A stretch of 64,000 nucleotides of DNA, from contig JAUYKA010000035.1 of the NCBI GenBank assembly GCA_030698495.1, forward strand, positions 8,778 to 72,777, written 5' to 3'. Positions 46,478 to 56,126 of this stretch are shown here, piece by piece. The stretch's first letter is position 1. Each line of letters opens with the position of its first letter. Under the pieces are notes generated by a model that saw nothing but the letters and a program-made list of their open reading frames with translations, was not told where the DNA came from and did no database searches. A program made the position numbers and the translations under genes. Source of the stretch: a bacterium. Lineage in GTDB: Bacteria; Patescibacteriota; Andersenbacteria; UBA10190.

Positions 46478-47539
46478 TTATTCCCATCCTTGCCGCACCA
46501 CCCGCCAAACTACTTTTTCCTGCTGAACCTGCATCGGGCCCTGCGGCGTCTGCTGTTGCACCGGCACTTGCTGACGGCGAAACTCCACATGCAAATCAAA
46601 GTGCTGTGATTGCTTCTCACTTTCTACATAAGCAATCGTGTAGTCTTTTTCTCCTTGACTCATACCCGCTCCCAGCTCCATTTCCTGGTTCCACTGCTCG
46701 CCTATTTTCATCTCCTCTTTAAAGCTCTCATAAATTTCCGTCATCACATCAGCCAAGCCGCTCTTGGCATACATCACGCTGTTTAATCCCAGCGACTCTC
46801 GCGCTTCCTTGCGCCCGATAAAGTACTGGTGACTGTACAGCTTTTCCGTAAAGTAACCAACCACTTTGTCCACTTCCGCCTCTGCCATCGGCTCTTTATG
46901 ACTAAGCAGTAACTGACGAGCCAGCAATCGAATTAAATTATGAATACGGTTAACATTCCCCAGCGCCAGCGGATGAATCTGCGGATTAGCTTTTCCGAAT
47001 TGGCTGAAAATTTGCTCCAAACTGGCATCTGATGAAATTCCAAACTTATTCTTGGCCAAATCAAAATAGGCGACTACGTCTTCCACGGAAATCGGTATGC
47101 GCCCCTGCGGACTTCCCGGCTGTGGCGGATTAAACACGTTCGCCGTGGACGGATCGATAGGGGACAACTCCGACAAGTCACTCATCACTATTTCGTCCGC
47201 TCCCAGCGCAATCATCGTCGCCGCGCTGTGCGCTTTATAGGGCACCAACACTGCCAACTTATCACAGTATTCCCGAATCATAGACACCAGCCGCCACGGC
47301 ACCATGGTATCCCCGCCCGTGCTGTACAAAACCAAATCTATTTTTTCCTGTTTCCCCATCGCGCGCAGCTGTCCGCTAAAAATCGGAATTATATCCATGC
47401 CGATTTTAGCGCCAATCGGTCCCGGCCGGTCGCTGGTGAAATAAGCTAAAACACTTGATCCCCGCTCCTGGCCGATTTTTTTCAGTAATTCTTTTCTATC
47501 CATATTAAAACTATACTCCCCTGCCCATACAAAAATCAA
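46478..47539 (-). CDS. SDH-family (ClpP/crotonase-fold, Peptidase_S49-related) serine proteinase
   Basis: The N-terminal region GSSVLAYFTSDRPG...LYSTGGDTMVPWRLVSMIREY...HSAATMIALGADEIVM matches the serine dehydrogenase proteinase family layout. Confidence 0.65.
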   Translation of the reverse strand: MIFVWAGEYSFNMDRKELLKKIGQERGSSVLAYFTSDRPGPIGAKIGMDIIPIFSGQLRAMGKQEKIDLVLYSTGGDTMVPWRLVSMIREYCDKLAVLVPYKAHSAATMIALGADEIVMSDLSELSPIDPSTANVFNPPQPGSPQGRIPISVEDVVAYFDLAKNKFGISSDASLEQIFSQFGKANPQIHPLALGNVNRIHNLIRLLARQLLLSHKEPMAEAEVDKVVGYFTEKLYSHQYFIGRKEARESLGLNSVMYAKSGLADVMTEIYESFKEEMKIGEQWNQEMELGAGMSQGEKDYTIAYVESEKQSQHFDLHVEFRRQQVPVQQQTPQGPMQVQQEKVVWRVVRQGWE

Positions 47540-47546
47540 AAACTAT

Positions 47547-47585
47547 GTAAAAAAATAGGAACCTTAGATCAAAGACCCAAGGTTC
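47547..47585 (-). terminator. Intrinsic terminator between the 127 aa gene and the protease gene
   Basis: Read on the minus strand, ggaacctt-gggtctttgatct-aaggttcc is followed by tattttttt. Confidence 0.55.
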
Positions 47586-47633
47586 CCAAAGTAAGAACAT
47601 TCATAACGGACTCTCCTTTCACCCAAAGGGCGT

Positions 47634-48017
47634 TCAGTAATTGCGGCACTCGCGGGCCAGCACTTCCGCCCGTTCGTCTTCACCCAAGCCAGGCAACTGA
47701 TCATGCAGCCGGCACATCAGCGCGTGCAGCCTGGCACGCTTCTTCTGCCCAATCGTGTCGAGATTCAGAGCATCAGCCACTCGGTGAGCGTCGGTGAAGA
47801 TCTCCTGCATCAGACGCTCACTATACTCTCTCATCAGCCGACGCCTGACATACTCCAGGAACCTTTTCACCGAGTTGAACTCGCTGCCAGCGGAGAGCTG
47901 CTTCCTCATCCTCTTCTGCTGCTTACGCTTCTCGCTCTCCGCTTGTAGCTGCTCCCTGTCCCGCTGGCCGGCCGAAATCAGGCCTGCCACGAACAACTGA
48001 TCAGATAGAGTGCCCAC
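47634..48017 (-). CDS. Hypothetical helical protein (127 aa), GC-rich at about 58%
   Basis: The GTG start at 48015-48017 is preceded by an AAAGGAGG Shine-Dalgarno 5 nt upstream. The protein is charged and helical with no motif seen. Confidence 0.55.
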   Translation of the reverse strand: MGTLSDQLFVAGLISAGQRDREQLQAESEKRKQQKRMRKQLSAGSEFNSVKRFLEYVRRRLMREYSERLMQEIFTDAHRVADALNLDTIGQKKRARLHALMCRLHDQLPGLGEDERAEVLARECRNY

Positions 48018-48072
48018 CAGAGCCTCCTTTCATAAAAAGCAGTGATATTGCCAAAAGAGCCACTAACTCTTA

Positions 48073-48101
48073 ATTATAGCTCTTGTGGCACTATTTGTCA
48101 A
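48073..48101 (-). promoter_or_regulatory. Perfect-consensus sigma70 promoter TTGACA-17-TATAAT on the minus strand, overlapping the last codons of tgt
   Basis: The minus-strand -35 corresponds to plus-strand tgtcaa at 48096-48101. The -10 corresponds to attata at 48073-48078. It lies about 50 nt upstream of the GTG start of the 127 aa gene. Confidence 0.6.
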
Positions 48102-49218
48102 GCACGGCTCTTATCTCCCGCATCAACTGCACGTAAAAATATATATTATGTAACACCACCAGCCGAAACCCGCTCGGCGCCTCGCAACGCATCAGATGAT
48201 GCACATAACTCACGCTGTAATCTTTTGTAATCACCGGATTTCCCGGAGAAAAAACTTGTTGGTCATCCTTAAACGAACTCTTGGTAATATCCATCACTTC
48301 ATATAACTTGTCTGCCTCCACCGGACGCTCCGGATCCTGCAAACACGCCGCCAGTTCTTTGATATTTAAATTACGATAAATCTTGCCGTGCCGCGCGTTG
48401 CGTATCGGCAGTACGCAGTCAAACTGGTCCACCCCCGCTCGCACCGCCCGCACAATATCCTCCGGCATACCCGCCCCCATTAAATATCGCGGCGCGTCCT
48501 CCGGCAAAAACTGCGTTGTCATGCGTACTCCCTCGTCCATGGAAGTTGCCGTCACATCGCGCATCTCTCCGCCAATACTGTAACCGAAAAACCCTATTTC
48601 CCTTAGAGCCGCCGCCGACTTCTCCCGCAAGTCTTTATATATACTACCCTGAACTATGCCGTATAAAGCCTGTGTGTCTTTACCAGCCCTCTCCCATTCT
48701 GCTTTGCACCGTGCCGCCCACTTGCTTGTCTGCTCTACCGCCGCCGCCACTTTTTCCCTATCAGCCCCGTACGGTGTACACACATCCAACGGCATAATAA
48801 TATCCGCGCCCAGCTTTGCCTCAATTTGCACGGCCGACTCCGGCGTCAGCCGATACTTATTACCATCAATTGGCGAAGCAAAAGTTACCCCGTCACTATC
48901 CAGCTTCACATTTTTGCCTAAACTGAATACCTGATAGCCACCCGAATCAGTCGTCACCGGATGAGACCACTGCATAAATCCGTGTAAACCGCCGCCGGCT
49001 TCCACCACATCTTCCCCCGGTCGCAAATGCAAATGATACGTATTTGCCAGCACAATCTGCACTCCCATCTTTTCCAAATCCTCGGCAAACACCTGCCCGC
49101 GCACCGCGCCTTGAGTTGCCACAAACTGAAAAAAAGGCCCCTCTACCGTGCCGTGAGGGGTTGTTAACTTCGTTAGCCTAGCTAAACCCACTTTTTTTAT
49201 TATCTCAAACCTAAACAT
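48091..49218 (-). CDS. tgt: Queuine tRNA-ribosyltransferase (tRNA-guanine transglycosylase)
   Basis: The N-terminus MFRFEIIKKVGLARLTKLTTPHGTVEGPFFQFV is present. A zinc site of CxCxxC...H type is present in the C-terminal part. The protein is 375 aa. Confidence 0.9.
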   Translation of the reverse strand: MFRFEIIKKVGLARLTKLTTPHGTVEGPFFQFVATQGAVRGQVFAEDLEKMGVQIVLANTYHLHLRPGEDVVEAGGGLHGFMQWSHPVTTDSGGYQVFSLGKNVKLDSDGVTFASPIDGNKYRLTPESAVQIEAKLGADIIMPLDVCTPYGADREKVAAAVEQTSKWAARCKAEWERAGKDTQALYGIVQGSIYKDLREKSAAALREIGFFGYSIGGEMRDVTATSMDEGVRMTTQFLPEDAPRYLMGAGMPEDIVRAVRAGVDQFDCVLPIRNARHGKIYRNLNIKELAACLQDPERPVEADKLYEVMDITKSSFKDDQQVFSPGNPVITKDYSVSYVHHLMRCEAPSGFRLVVLHNIYFYVQLMREIRAVLDK

Positions 49219-49345
49219 CGAGTATCAACATTCTTGAAGAGTAAAAGGTAAAACCAAAAATGTAAAACAACAATGCAAAATTTAAAGTATCTTTTGCGTT
49301 TTGAGTTGTTGTTTTAAGTTTTTCGTTTGACCCTTTACGTTTTCG

Positions 49346-51352
49346 TTATTCCACTTTCCCCTCCCCCGGTACTGCCGACTCGGTTGACGGGAAAGAAGTA
49401 ACCTCCGTTTCCAAATCACTATTAGTAAACAAGTCTGTTCCCATCGCCGTCAGACGATTCAAAAATTCTATCACACTTCCGCGCTGATTTTCTCCCGGCA
49501 CCACCGCCACCTGCCAATACAGCTCCGCCGCCGGCTGCCTGCTTCCCGCCAACCCCGCCAGTTGCGGCAAACGCCAAATTAACTCCCCGGTCCGATCGTT
49601 ATACTCAACTTCACCCGTCGTCTTAACCACTTTGCCCGTGTAGCGCACCCCGTCCGGCAACACCGCCGACACCCTGACATCCCCGGCGTCGTTTAGGGTC
49701 GAGCCCAAACGCAGCCGTACCGTGTAAGTCGTCTCCTCTCCCACTTTCGGCGGTGTTGGTCCCGTGCTCGTAATACCCAACCGGCCGTCATCATAAAAAG
49801 CATCCGCCTGTATTGTCAAAGCGGTCGCCACTGACAACACCGCTCTGTCCGATATTTCTTTTGGCGTTTCTCCCGCCGTCACAGTCAGTGACGGGCTGTC
49901 AACTGAAGCCGTAATAATCAAAGCATTACTTGTCCTAGACTCTTCTCCAGCTGCTAAAACATCCACGCCTTGTATATCAAACTGATAAGAGATTTCTCCT
50001 GCCTGGTTTGGCTGCACCGCCGCTAACTCCGGCATTGATGCTGCCGTCCACGTAATTGTCTTTGTCGTCGGATCATACGCGCCGGAAGAAAGCTGTAATG
50101 AAGCCGGATCAAGCCCCTGCCCTTCAAATTTCGCCCGCACCACCACGTCAGTCAGCGCCACCGTGCCCGTATTGACGTATTTAATTACCCCCTTAACTTT
50201 GTCCTCCGGTTTCACCGTCAAAAGCTCATTAGTATTGTTATAATACTGATCAATCGACAGCGTGCTGGACGCTATAGACACTACTCCCGCCAGCGTCCGC
50301 TGAACAAACACTTGATCCCCCTGCTTAATTCCCGTCTCCACTCTGATTTCTCTTTTGTCTCCCGATCGACCTTCTACAAACACCACCGCCTCGCGCGTCG
50401 CCACATCCAGCGGCTCCAAATCTTCCAAGCGCCATAGGCTCTCCGGCACGGAAAAATCAGCAGAAAACTGCGGATCCTGCAAAGCCAACTGCGCGCCGGG
50501 CGGCACTTGCAGCTTCAAATATGCCCCGCTGATTTTATTAGTACTGGTATTGGTCACCGTAATTTTTATCGGCACTCGCTCGCCCTGCCGCGCTTCGTTC
50601 GGCACATCCGCCGCCAGATCCAGCGGCACCGTGCTAATATTGGTAGTCGCCAACGCTGCCTTGGCAAAACGCCCGCTTGGAAAATTCTCCGGCGTGATGG
50701 TTATTTCCGCTCGAGCCACCGCTGCTGTATTGATCTCTCCCAGTAAATATCCTGTTATCTCCAACTTTCTTTCTTCACCGCTTTTCAACTCCCCCACCGT
50801 CAACACCCGCTCTTGGCCGCTTTCATCTAACGGCAATGAACTGTCGCTTAAGGTAAACCCAACCGGCTGATCAAATATCAACACCACATTTTGCCAATGT
50901 TCCAAACTGTTATTGGCAAAATCGACTACGTATTTTATCTCATCGCCCGCCGCCAGCGCCGACGGCGCTTCAATCGCTATGCCAATCTGATCGGCCGTCA
51001 CATTATGCCGCGCCCTATACCACAATGTCCCCGCCAGCGCCACCGCAAATAACACTACCAGCAACAATACAGACACAACCGCAACTATCACCTGACGCCT
51101 CTTTTTCGCTCGCCCCTCGGCCATCGATTTAAAAGTCACCGGAGCCGATGGCGCATTTTCGTCTGTTGACAAAACCTTTGTTCTTCTAATCCCTAATTGC
51201 TTCAGCTGATCTTCGCGTTGACGCATTGTGGACGACTCCTGCCTGGCATACAGTTGTCGCTCTAAATCAGGCAACTGACTCCTACCATCGCCGGTATGAG
51301 CCCCTTCCGTTTCTTCCGGCGTCTGCCTTTTATTTTCTTCTTTGCCTTCCAT
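49346..51352 (-). CDS. Type II membrane-anchored surface protein (668 aa) with repeated beta-sandwich (DUF11/CARDB-like) domains
   Basis: A charged N-terminal cytoplasmic segment, a single TM helix and a long extracellular T/V/S-rich repetitive beta region are present. Confidence 0.55.
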   Translation of the reverse strand: MEGKEENKRQTPEETEGAHTGDGRSQLPDLERQLYARQESSTMRQREDQLKQLGIRRTKVLSTDENAPSAPVTFKSMAEGRAKKRRQVIVAVVSVLLLVVLFAVALAGTLWYRARHNVTADQIGIAIEAPSALAAGDEIKYVVDFANNSLEHWQNVVLIFDQPVGFTLSDSSLPLDESGQERVLTVGELKSGEERKLEITGYLLGEINTAAVARAEITITPENFPSGRFAKAALATTNISTVPLDLAADVPNEARQGERVPIKITVTNTSTNKISGAYLKLQVPPGAQLALQDPQFSADFSVPESLWRLEDLEPLDVATREAVVFVEGRSGDKREIRVETGIKQGDQVFVQRTLAGVVSIASSTLSIDQYYNNTNELLTVKPEDKVKGVIKYVNTGTVALTDVVVRAKFEGQGLDPASLQLSSGAYDPTTKTITWTAASMPELAAVQPNQAGEISYQFDIQGVDVLAAGEESRTSNALIITASVDSPSLTVTAGETPKEISDRAVLSVATALTIQADAFYDDGRLGITSTGPTPPKVGEETTYTVRLRLGSTLNDAGDVRVSAVLPDGVRYTGKVVKTTGEVEYNDRTGELIWRLPQLAGLAGSRQPAAELYWQVAVVPGENQRGSVIEFLNRLTAMGTDLFTNSDLETEVTSFPSTESAVPGEGKVE

Positions 51353-51367
51353 ATATTTAACTATATC

Positions 51368-52105
51368 TTAAGTAGTTCGCACCATCGGCACCGTCTCGGC
51401 CACCACCATCGCATAATACCTCATCGCCGCCAGCACTTGTCTGCTTTCCTCCTTGGTCGCACTAAGCTGTAATGCCTTTTGCGGATACCTACCCAGCCAG
51501 CGCAGCGCGCGCAACAAACGCGGCGGCAGTGACAACTGCGTCCCCACAAAAGAATCGTGACACGACAAACATCGCCAACCTCCGGCTTGGGGATTCAATA
51601 TCACCGCTTCGTCCGGCTGGTTTCTGCCGCACGCTTGACACCGATTTAAATCCGGCTGCAAACCCGCACAACGTAGGGCATAACCGGCCACGGCTACCTC
51701 TAGAAAATCCCGCTTGGGCGCTGGCAACTCCGGAAACATCTGACAAGCATGATACAAAGCATCAAACAACTCCACCTGCACTTCTTCCTCTTCAAAAAGC
51801 CCCAAGACTAATCGTGCCAGCATCTCCGCGTGCTCCCACGCCTGCACATCACCGCGCAAAGCCAGATGATCATCCACCGTCTCCACCGCCGCCAGATATT
51901 TCCGGTCCGCCGTACCCGTTACAATCGCCAATACGTAAGTCAAAGGCTCCAAGTGCCCCCCACGCCGTGACGGTATCCGACGCACACCTTTAGCCAGCAC
52001 TCGCAGCAAACCTTGCTGCCGGGAAAACAGTGTCACCAGCCGATCCGCTTCATTAATGTCGCGACGCGCTAAAACCAGCGCGTGCAGCTTCTCCCGCTTA
52101 TTCAT
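51368..52105 (-). CDS. recO: DNA repair protein RecO
   Basis: The N-terminal OB-fold region LHALVLARRDINEADRLVTLFSRQQGLLRVLAKGVRR is present. A C4 zinc motif (CQACG...CLSC) is present. Confidence 0.8.
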   Translation of the reverse strand: MNKREKLHALVLARRDINEADRLVTLFSRQQGLLRVLAKGVRRIPSRRGGHLEPLTYVLAIVTGTADRKYLAAVETVDDHLALRGDVQAWEHAEMLARLVLGLFEEEEVQVELFDALYHACQMFPELPAPKRDFLEVAVAGYALRCAGLQPDLNRCQACGRNQPDEAVILNPQAGGWRCLSCHDSFVGTQLSLPPRLLRALRWLGRYPQKALQLSATKEESRQVLAAMRYYAMVVAETVPMVRTT

Positions 52106-52183
52106 TCATATATTATAGCACATACCCTCTCCACTCCCCGTCCTCTTTCCTCCTCCCGGAAGGGAATAAACTAACCTATGAGC

Positions 52184-52353
52184 AAAAATTTTCTAATCTT
52201 CTGCTCTTAGCGACCGTCTGAAGGACTGCCAGCCTGGTCCCCGCCTAAATTTTGCCGCGGCAAAATTTAGGCGGGGTGGCAGGCCTTCAGCCGAGTAACG
52301 CCCGCGCTGGGGCGGGCGTTATGTGTCGCTAAGAGCAGAAGATTAGAAAATTT
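52184..52353. repeat. Palindromic element copy B (170 nt), ending 6 nt from the ileS stop
   Basis: A perfect 29 bp outer stem (aaaaattttctaatcttctgctcttagcgac / gtcgctaagagcagaagattagaaaattt) encloses the same core as copy A. The core reads ccgtctgaagg..ggtccccgcc-taaattttgccgcggcaaaattta-ggcggggt..ccttcagccgag..cgcccgcgctggggcgggcg..gtgtcg. Confidence 0.75.
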
Positions 52354-52358
52354 CATCA

Positions 52359-55300
52359 CTAACTATCACCTTTCATCACTCCAATATGCATTTCTTCCCC
52401 ATCTACTTTAAAATCCCCCCCCGCATCCTCACTGCCGTTTTCCATAACTTCATCCGCCTGCAACACATCCAGTATTAATACTTTCTGGCTCTCCACTGTT
52501 TTACGCAGCTTCTCACTGGAAGTTGTTATTACCAACTTAATCCTATCATCCAGCGCGTACCCCGCTTCCCGGCGCAACACCTGCCCCCGCCTGATAATCT
52601 CCCGCGCTCGGCCTTCTTCCTTTAACTCCTCTGTCAAAACAATGTCTAAAGCCAACTTCACCTTGCCTTCCTCTCCGCTCACCGCGTACTCGTCGCTATC
52701 GGGTAGCTTCTCCGCATATTCCACATTCTTAACATTCACCTCTTCTTTTATAATATTCATAATTTCTTCCGCCGGCGGCACACCCATCACCATCATCTTA
52801 TTCAATGGTTGGCGCACTTTTATACCATGTCCGGCCCGTATGGCTAACCCGGCCGAAACCGCCTCGCGCGCCTGCTTCATTACCTCTAATAACTCCAGTT
52901 TATTTTTCTCAAAATCAACCGCAACCGGCAGACGCGATAAATGCACCGACTCCTCTTTTGTCAGATTACGATAAATATTTTCCGTCACAAAGGGCATAAA
53001 GGCCGCCAACAACCGGACACAACGCACCAACACTTCATGTAACGTGCCAAAAGCTTCGTCACGAATTTTATCACTGGCCGGCCGCTGAAACCGCCCCCGT
53101 GATCGCCTTATATACCAGTTACTCAAATCATCAACAAACCCCGTAAACGCCCGCGCCGCTAGATCTATTTGATAATCATCTGCCGCCGACACCACCTCGT
53201 TTTCCAGCTGAACCAGCCTGGCTCTAATCCATTTGTCCAATATATTGCTGCTCTCCGTCACCTGATCACCCGGCTGCCAGTCATGTGTGTTGGCGTAACG
53301 AACAAAAAAGCTGTAAGCGTTCCACAGTGTCAGATAAAAACCCCGCTGTACTTGCTGCATCTCTTTTTCTGAAAACCGATACGGCTCGCCCAGGCTGGTA
53401 CCGGCCAACAGGTAAAATCGCAAAACGTCCGCCCCGTATTTGGCTATTGTCGGCTCCGGCTCCGGATAATTTTTCAACTTCTTGGATAATTTTTGTCCAT
53501 CCTCCGCAAATATCAATCCCGACCCGATTACATTTTTGTAGGCCGGCTTATCCTTGCCTAAACCAATATCGTCTTTAGTTAATGCTGTCGCCAATACATG
53601 CATCACATAAAACCACGCGCGGGTTTGTTCAACACTCTCCGCAATAAAATCAGCCGGAAAACTTTTTTCTACAAACTCCTTATTGGCAAACGGATAGTGC
53701 CACTGGCTGTACGGCATCGCCGCCGAGTCGAACCAGACATCCAACACTTCCTCCACACGTTTCATTTTCCCCTCGCCTTTCGTACAACTCCACGTCACCT
53801 CGTCAACGTACGGCCGGTGCATATCATCTAATTGCTTCTGTCCGGACAACTCTGCTAATTCCGCTAAACTGCCGGCGCAAACTCTTTCCCCGCACTTATC
53901 ACACTCCCAAATTGGCACCGGTACACTCCAAAAACGATTACGCGACACCGCCCAATCCGGCGCCGATTCTATTCCTTTGGCAAACCGCCCATGCTTCACA
54001 TGTTTCGGCGTCCAATTTATCTGCTCATTTATTTCCAGCATCCGCTTTTTCAAATCCGTCACCTTTATAAACCAAGTATCCAACGCGTAATAAATTAGCG
54101 GCTCATCGCACCGCCAGCAATAAGGATAGCTGTGCGTAAATTGCTCCGCTTTCAGCAACAAACCACGCTCACGCAAATCATCCGTCACCTTGTCGTTAGC
54201 CGCGAATATCTTTTCGCCGGCCCACGGTTTTACTTCATCCGTAAAACGCCCGTCCGAATCCACGTTGCGAATTACCGGCAGCCCCAGTTTTTTTCCCAAT
54301 TCAGCGTCTTCCTCGCCGAAAGCCGTGGCGATATGCACCAATCCCGTACCGTCTTCGCCCGTCACGTGCCCGCCATACACTACTTTGTAGCCACCCTCAA
54401 CCGCCGAGAAATTATACAGCGGCTCATACGTTAAGCCGTCCAGTTCGCTCCCGCTCCATTGCTTTTTTACCGGCAAGTCCTCGCCAAAAATTGCTTTGAT
54501 TCTCTGCTTAGCCACAACAACTTCTTTGCCTTCGTAATCCACGCTCACGTATTCCAACTCGGGGTTTATCGCTACTGCCACGTTACCCGGTAACGTCCAG
54601 GGTGTTGTAGTCCAGATGGCCAGATATAGGCCATCTGACTCTGAGCGAGCGAAGCGAGTCGAAGAGCCATTCACCTTTAACAACACATAAACCGCCGTAT
54701 CCGTCCGGTCATGATAATTACTGGTCACTTCAAAATTAGACAGCGGCGTCGCACAGCGAATGCAGTACGGTGTCGAACGAAAATCCTTGTAAACCAACTC
54801 CTTCTCCCATAACCTCTTAAACGCCCACCATTCCGATTCCATGTAATCACGGTCAAGCGTAGCGTAAGCCTGATCATAATCGGCCCACCGCCCGATTCGC
54901 TTCAGCGTCGTCGTGAAGTCGTCAATGTATCGAAAAACAGTATCGCGGCATTTTTGATTAAATTTTTCTATACCGTATTTCTCAATATCTTTCTTCGACT
55001 TAAAACCCAGTTCTTTTTCTACTAACGTTTCCACCGGCAACCCGTGACAATCCCAGCCTACTCGGCGCGGCACGTGATACCCCTGCATCGTTTTATAGCG
55101 CAGCACCGTGTCTTTGATCGCCGACTGTAAGATATGACCGTAGTGCGGCTTGCCCGTCGCGTACGGCGGCCCATCATAAAAAGTATAAATTTTCCCCCTA
55201 GCAGTCTGCTCTAAAGAACGCGCATATATCTTTTTCTCATCCCAGTAATCTAAAATCTCCCGCTCCAGCTCGTCAGCCGCCATCCGCGGCGGCACATCAT

Positions 55301-55361
55301 CAAAATATGGTTTCTTTTGACCCATAACACTAAAGGTAAAATCCGGCTGAACAAAATGCAA
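52359..55361 (-). CDS. ileS: Isoleucyl-tRNA synthetase
   Basis: The HYGH (HIGH-type) motif is present. KLSKK (KMSKS) is present. The CP1 editing domain and a C-terminal zinc-binding region are present. The ORF-track start is a TTG and the true start is probably an internal Met. Confidence 0.95.
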   Translation of the reverse strand: MHFVQPDFTFSVMGQKKPYFDDVPPRMAADELEREILDYWDEKKIYARSLEQTARGKIYTFYDGPPYATGKPHYGHILQSAIKDTVLRYKTMQGYHVPRRVGWDCHGLPVETLVEKELGFKSKKDIEKYGIEKFNQKCRDTVFRYIDDFTTTLKRIGRWADYDQAYATLDRDYMESEWWAFKRLWEKELVYKDFRSTPYCIRCATPLSNFEVTSNYHDRTDTAVYVLLKVNGSSTRFARSESDGLYLAIWTTTPWTLPGNVAVAINPELEYVSVDYEGKEVVVAKQRIKAIFGEDLPVKKQWSGSELDGLTYEPLYNFSAVEGGYKVVYGGHVTGEDGTGLVHIATAFGEEDAELGKKLGLPVIRNVDSDGRFTDEVKPWAGEKIFAANDKVTDDLRERGLLLKAEQFTHSYPYCWRCDEPLIYYALDTWFIKVTDLKKRMLEINEQINWTPKHVKHGRFAKGIESAPDWAVSRNRFWSVPVPIWECDKCGERVCAGSLAELAELSGQKQLDDMHRPYVDEVTWSCTKGEGKMKRVEEVLDVWFDSAAMPYSQWHYPFANKEFVEKSFPADFIAESVEQTRAWFYVMHVLATALTKDDIGLGKDKPAYKNVIGSGLIFAEDGQKLSKKLKNYPEPEPTIAKYGADVLRFYLLAGTSLGEPYRFSEKEMQQVQRGFYLTLWNAYSFFVRYANTHDWQPGDQVTESSNILDKWIRARLVQLENEVVSAADDYQIDLAARAFTGFVDDLSNWYIRRSRGRFQRPASDKIRDEAFGTLHEVLVRCVRLLAAFMPFVTENIYRNLTKEESVHLSRLPVAVDFEKNKLELLEVMKQAREAVSAGLAIRAGHGIKVRQPLNKMMVMGVPPAEEIMNIIKEEVNVKNVEYAEKLPDSDEYAVSGEEGKVKLALDIVLTEELKEEGRAREIIRRGQVLRREAGYALDDRIKLVITTSSEKLRKTVESQKVLILDVLQADEVMENGSEDAGGDFKVDGEEMHIGVMKGDS

Positions 55362-55376
55362 AGCAACCGCTCCAAG

Positions 55377-56078
55377 CTACTTCTTCCGCTGGCTTTTAAC
55401 TTTGCTTTTATGCTCGGTTTTAATCTTCTTAGCCTTACCCTCCTCGTAAACTTCCCGATAAACCTGAATTAATTTTTTCACCCGGCGCGGCCAGTCAATT
55501 GTATTTGTATCCTCATCACCCGTCACCACTATTCTCTCCTTGGGATACCCGTGCCGCTCCACCAGTATCTTCTCATCGCTCGGCTTATTCACAATAATCC
55601 TCTTGGCCCGTTTGCATAGCTGGGCAAAAGCCACCCGCGCCCCCATCATAAATGTGCGCGTGAACAAATTGCTGTCTCCCACACCACGCGGCACGTAATG
55701 AAAAGTGGTCAAGATCTTGCCGGGATAAACAAATGGTATTAAACCTTCCGGCGAGTGAAACACATCCAATTTAGCCGAACGCAGAAAAGCGGAAATCAAC
55801 ATATGAGAATACAACACCGGCATATACTTCCGATACTGCACAAATGGAAAATGTCTTATCACCACATTCTCCTGCTTATATTTAGCCAGTTTCTTCGAAT
55901 CTTTCATCCGCTCATCAAAAAACAGCACCCAAGTATGTTCCTTCTTCTTATCCGCCTCCAGCAAATACGTAATTAATTGCTCCGTATACCAGGCAATTTT
56001 CGGATCATACCGCTTGTGTTTGGGCAAAATTATATGCGCGTCAATACCAATTCGCATAGGACTTTTATCATAGGCCAT
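55377..56078 (-). CDS. Truncated GT4-like glycosyltransferase. It has the N-terminal domain only and lacks the catalytic C-terminal half. It is a possible gene remnant.
   Basis: MRIGIDAHII...DVFHSPEGLIPF (the GT4 N-terminal domain) and the first strands of the Glycos_transf_1 domain (RIIVNKPSDEKILVERHGYPKERIVV) are present. The protein then ends 15 nt before ileS. Confidence 0.45.
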   Translation of the reverse strand: MAYDKSPMRIGIDAHIILPKHKRYDPKIAWYTEQLITYLLEADKKKEHTWVLFFDERMKDSKKLAKYKQENVVIRHFPFVQYRKYMPVLYSHMLISAFLRSAKLDVFHSPEGLIPFVYPGKILTTFHYVPRGVGDSNLFTRTFMMGARVAFAQLCKRAKRIIVNKPSDEKILVERHGYPKERIVVTGDEDTNTIDWPRRVKKLIQVYREVYEEGKAKKIKTEHKSKVKSQRKK

Positions 56079-56126
56079 TCTCCCTAAAAAAGGAAGATTA
56101 TTAGGCCTATTTACATAGTACCACAG

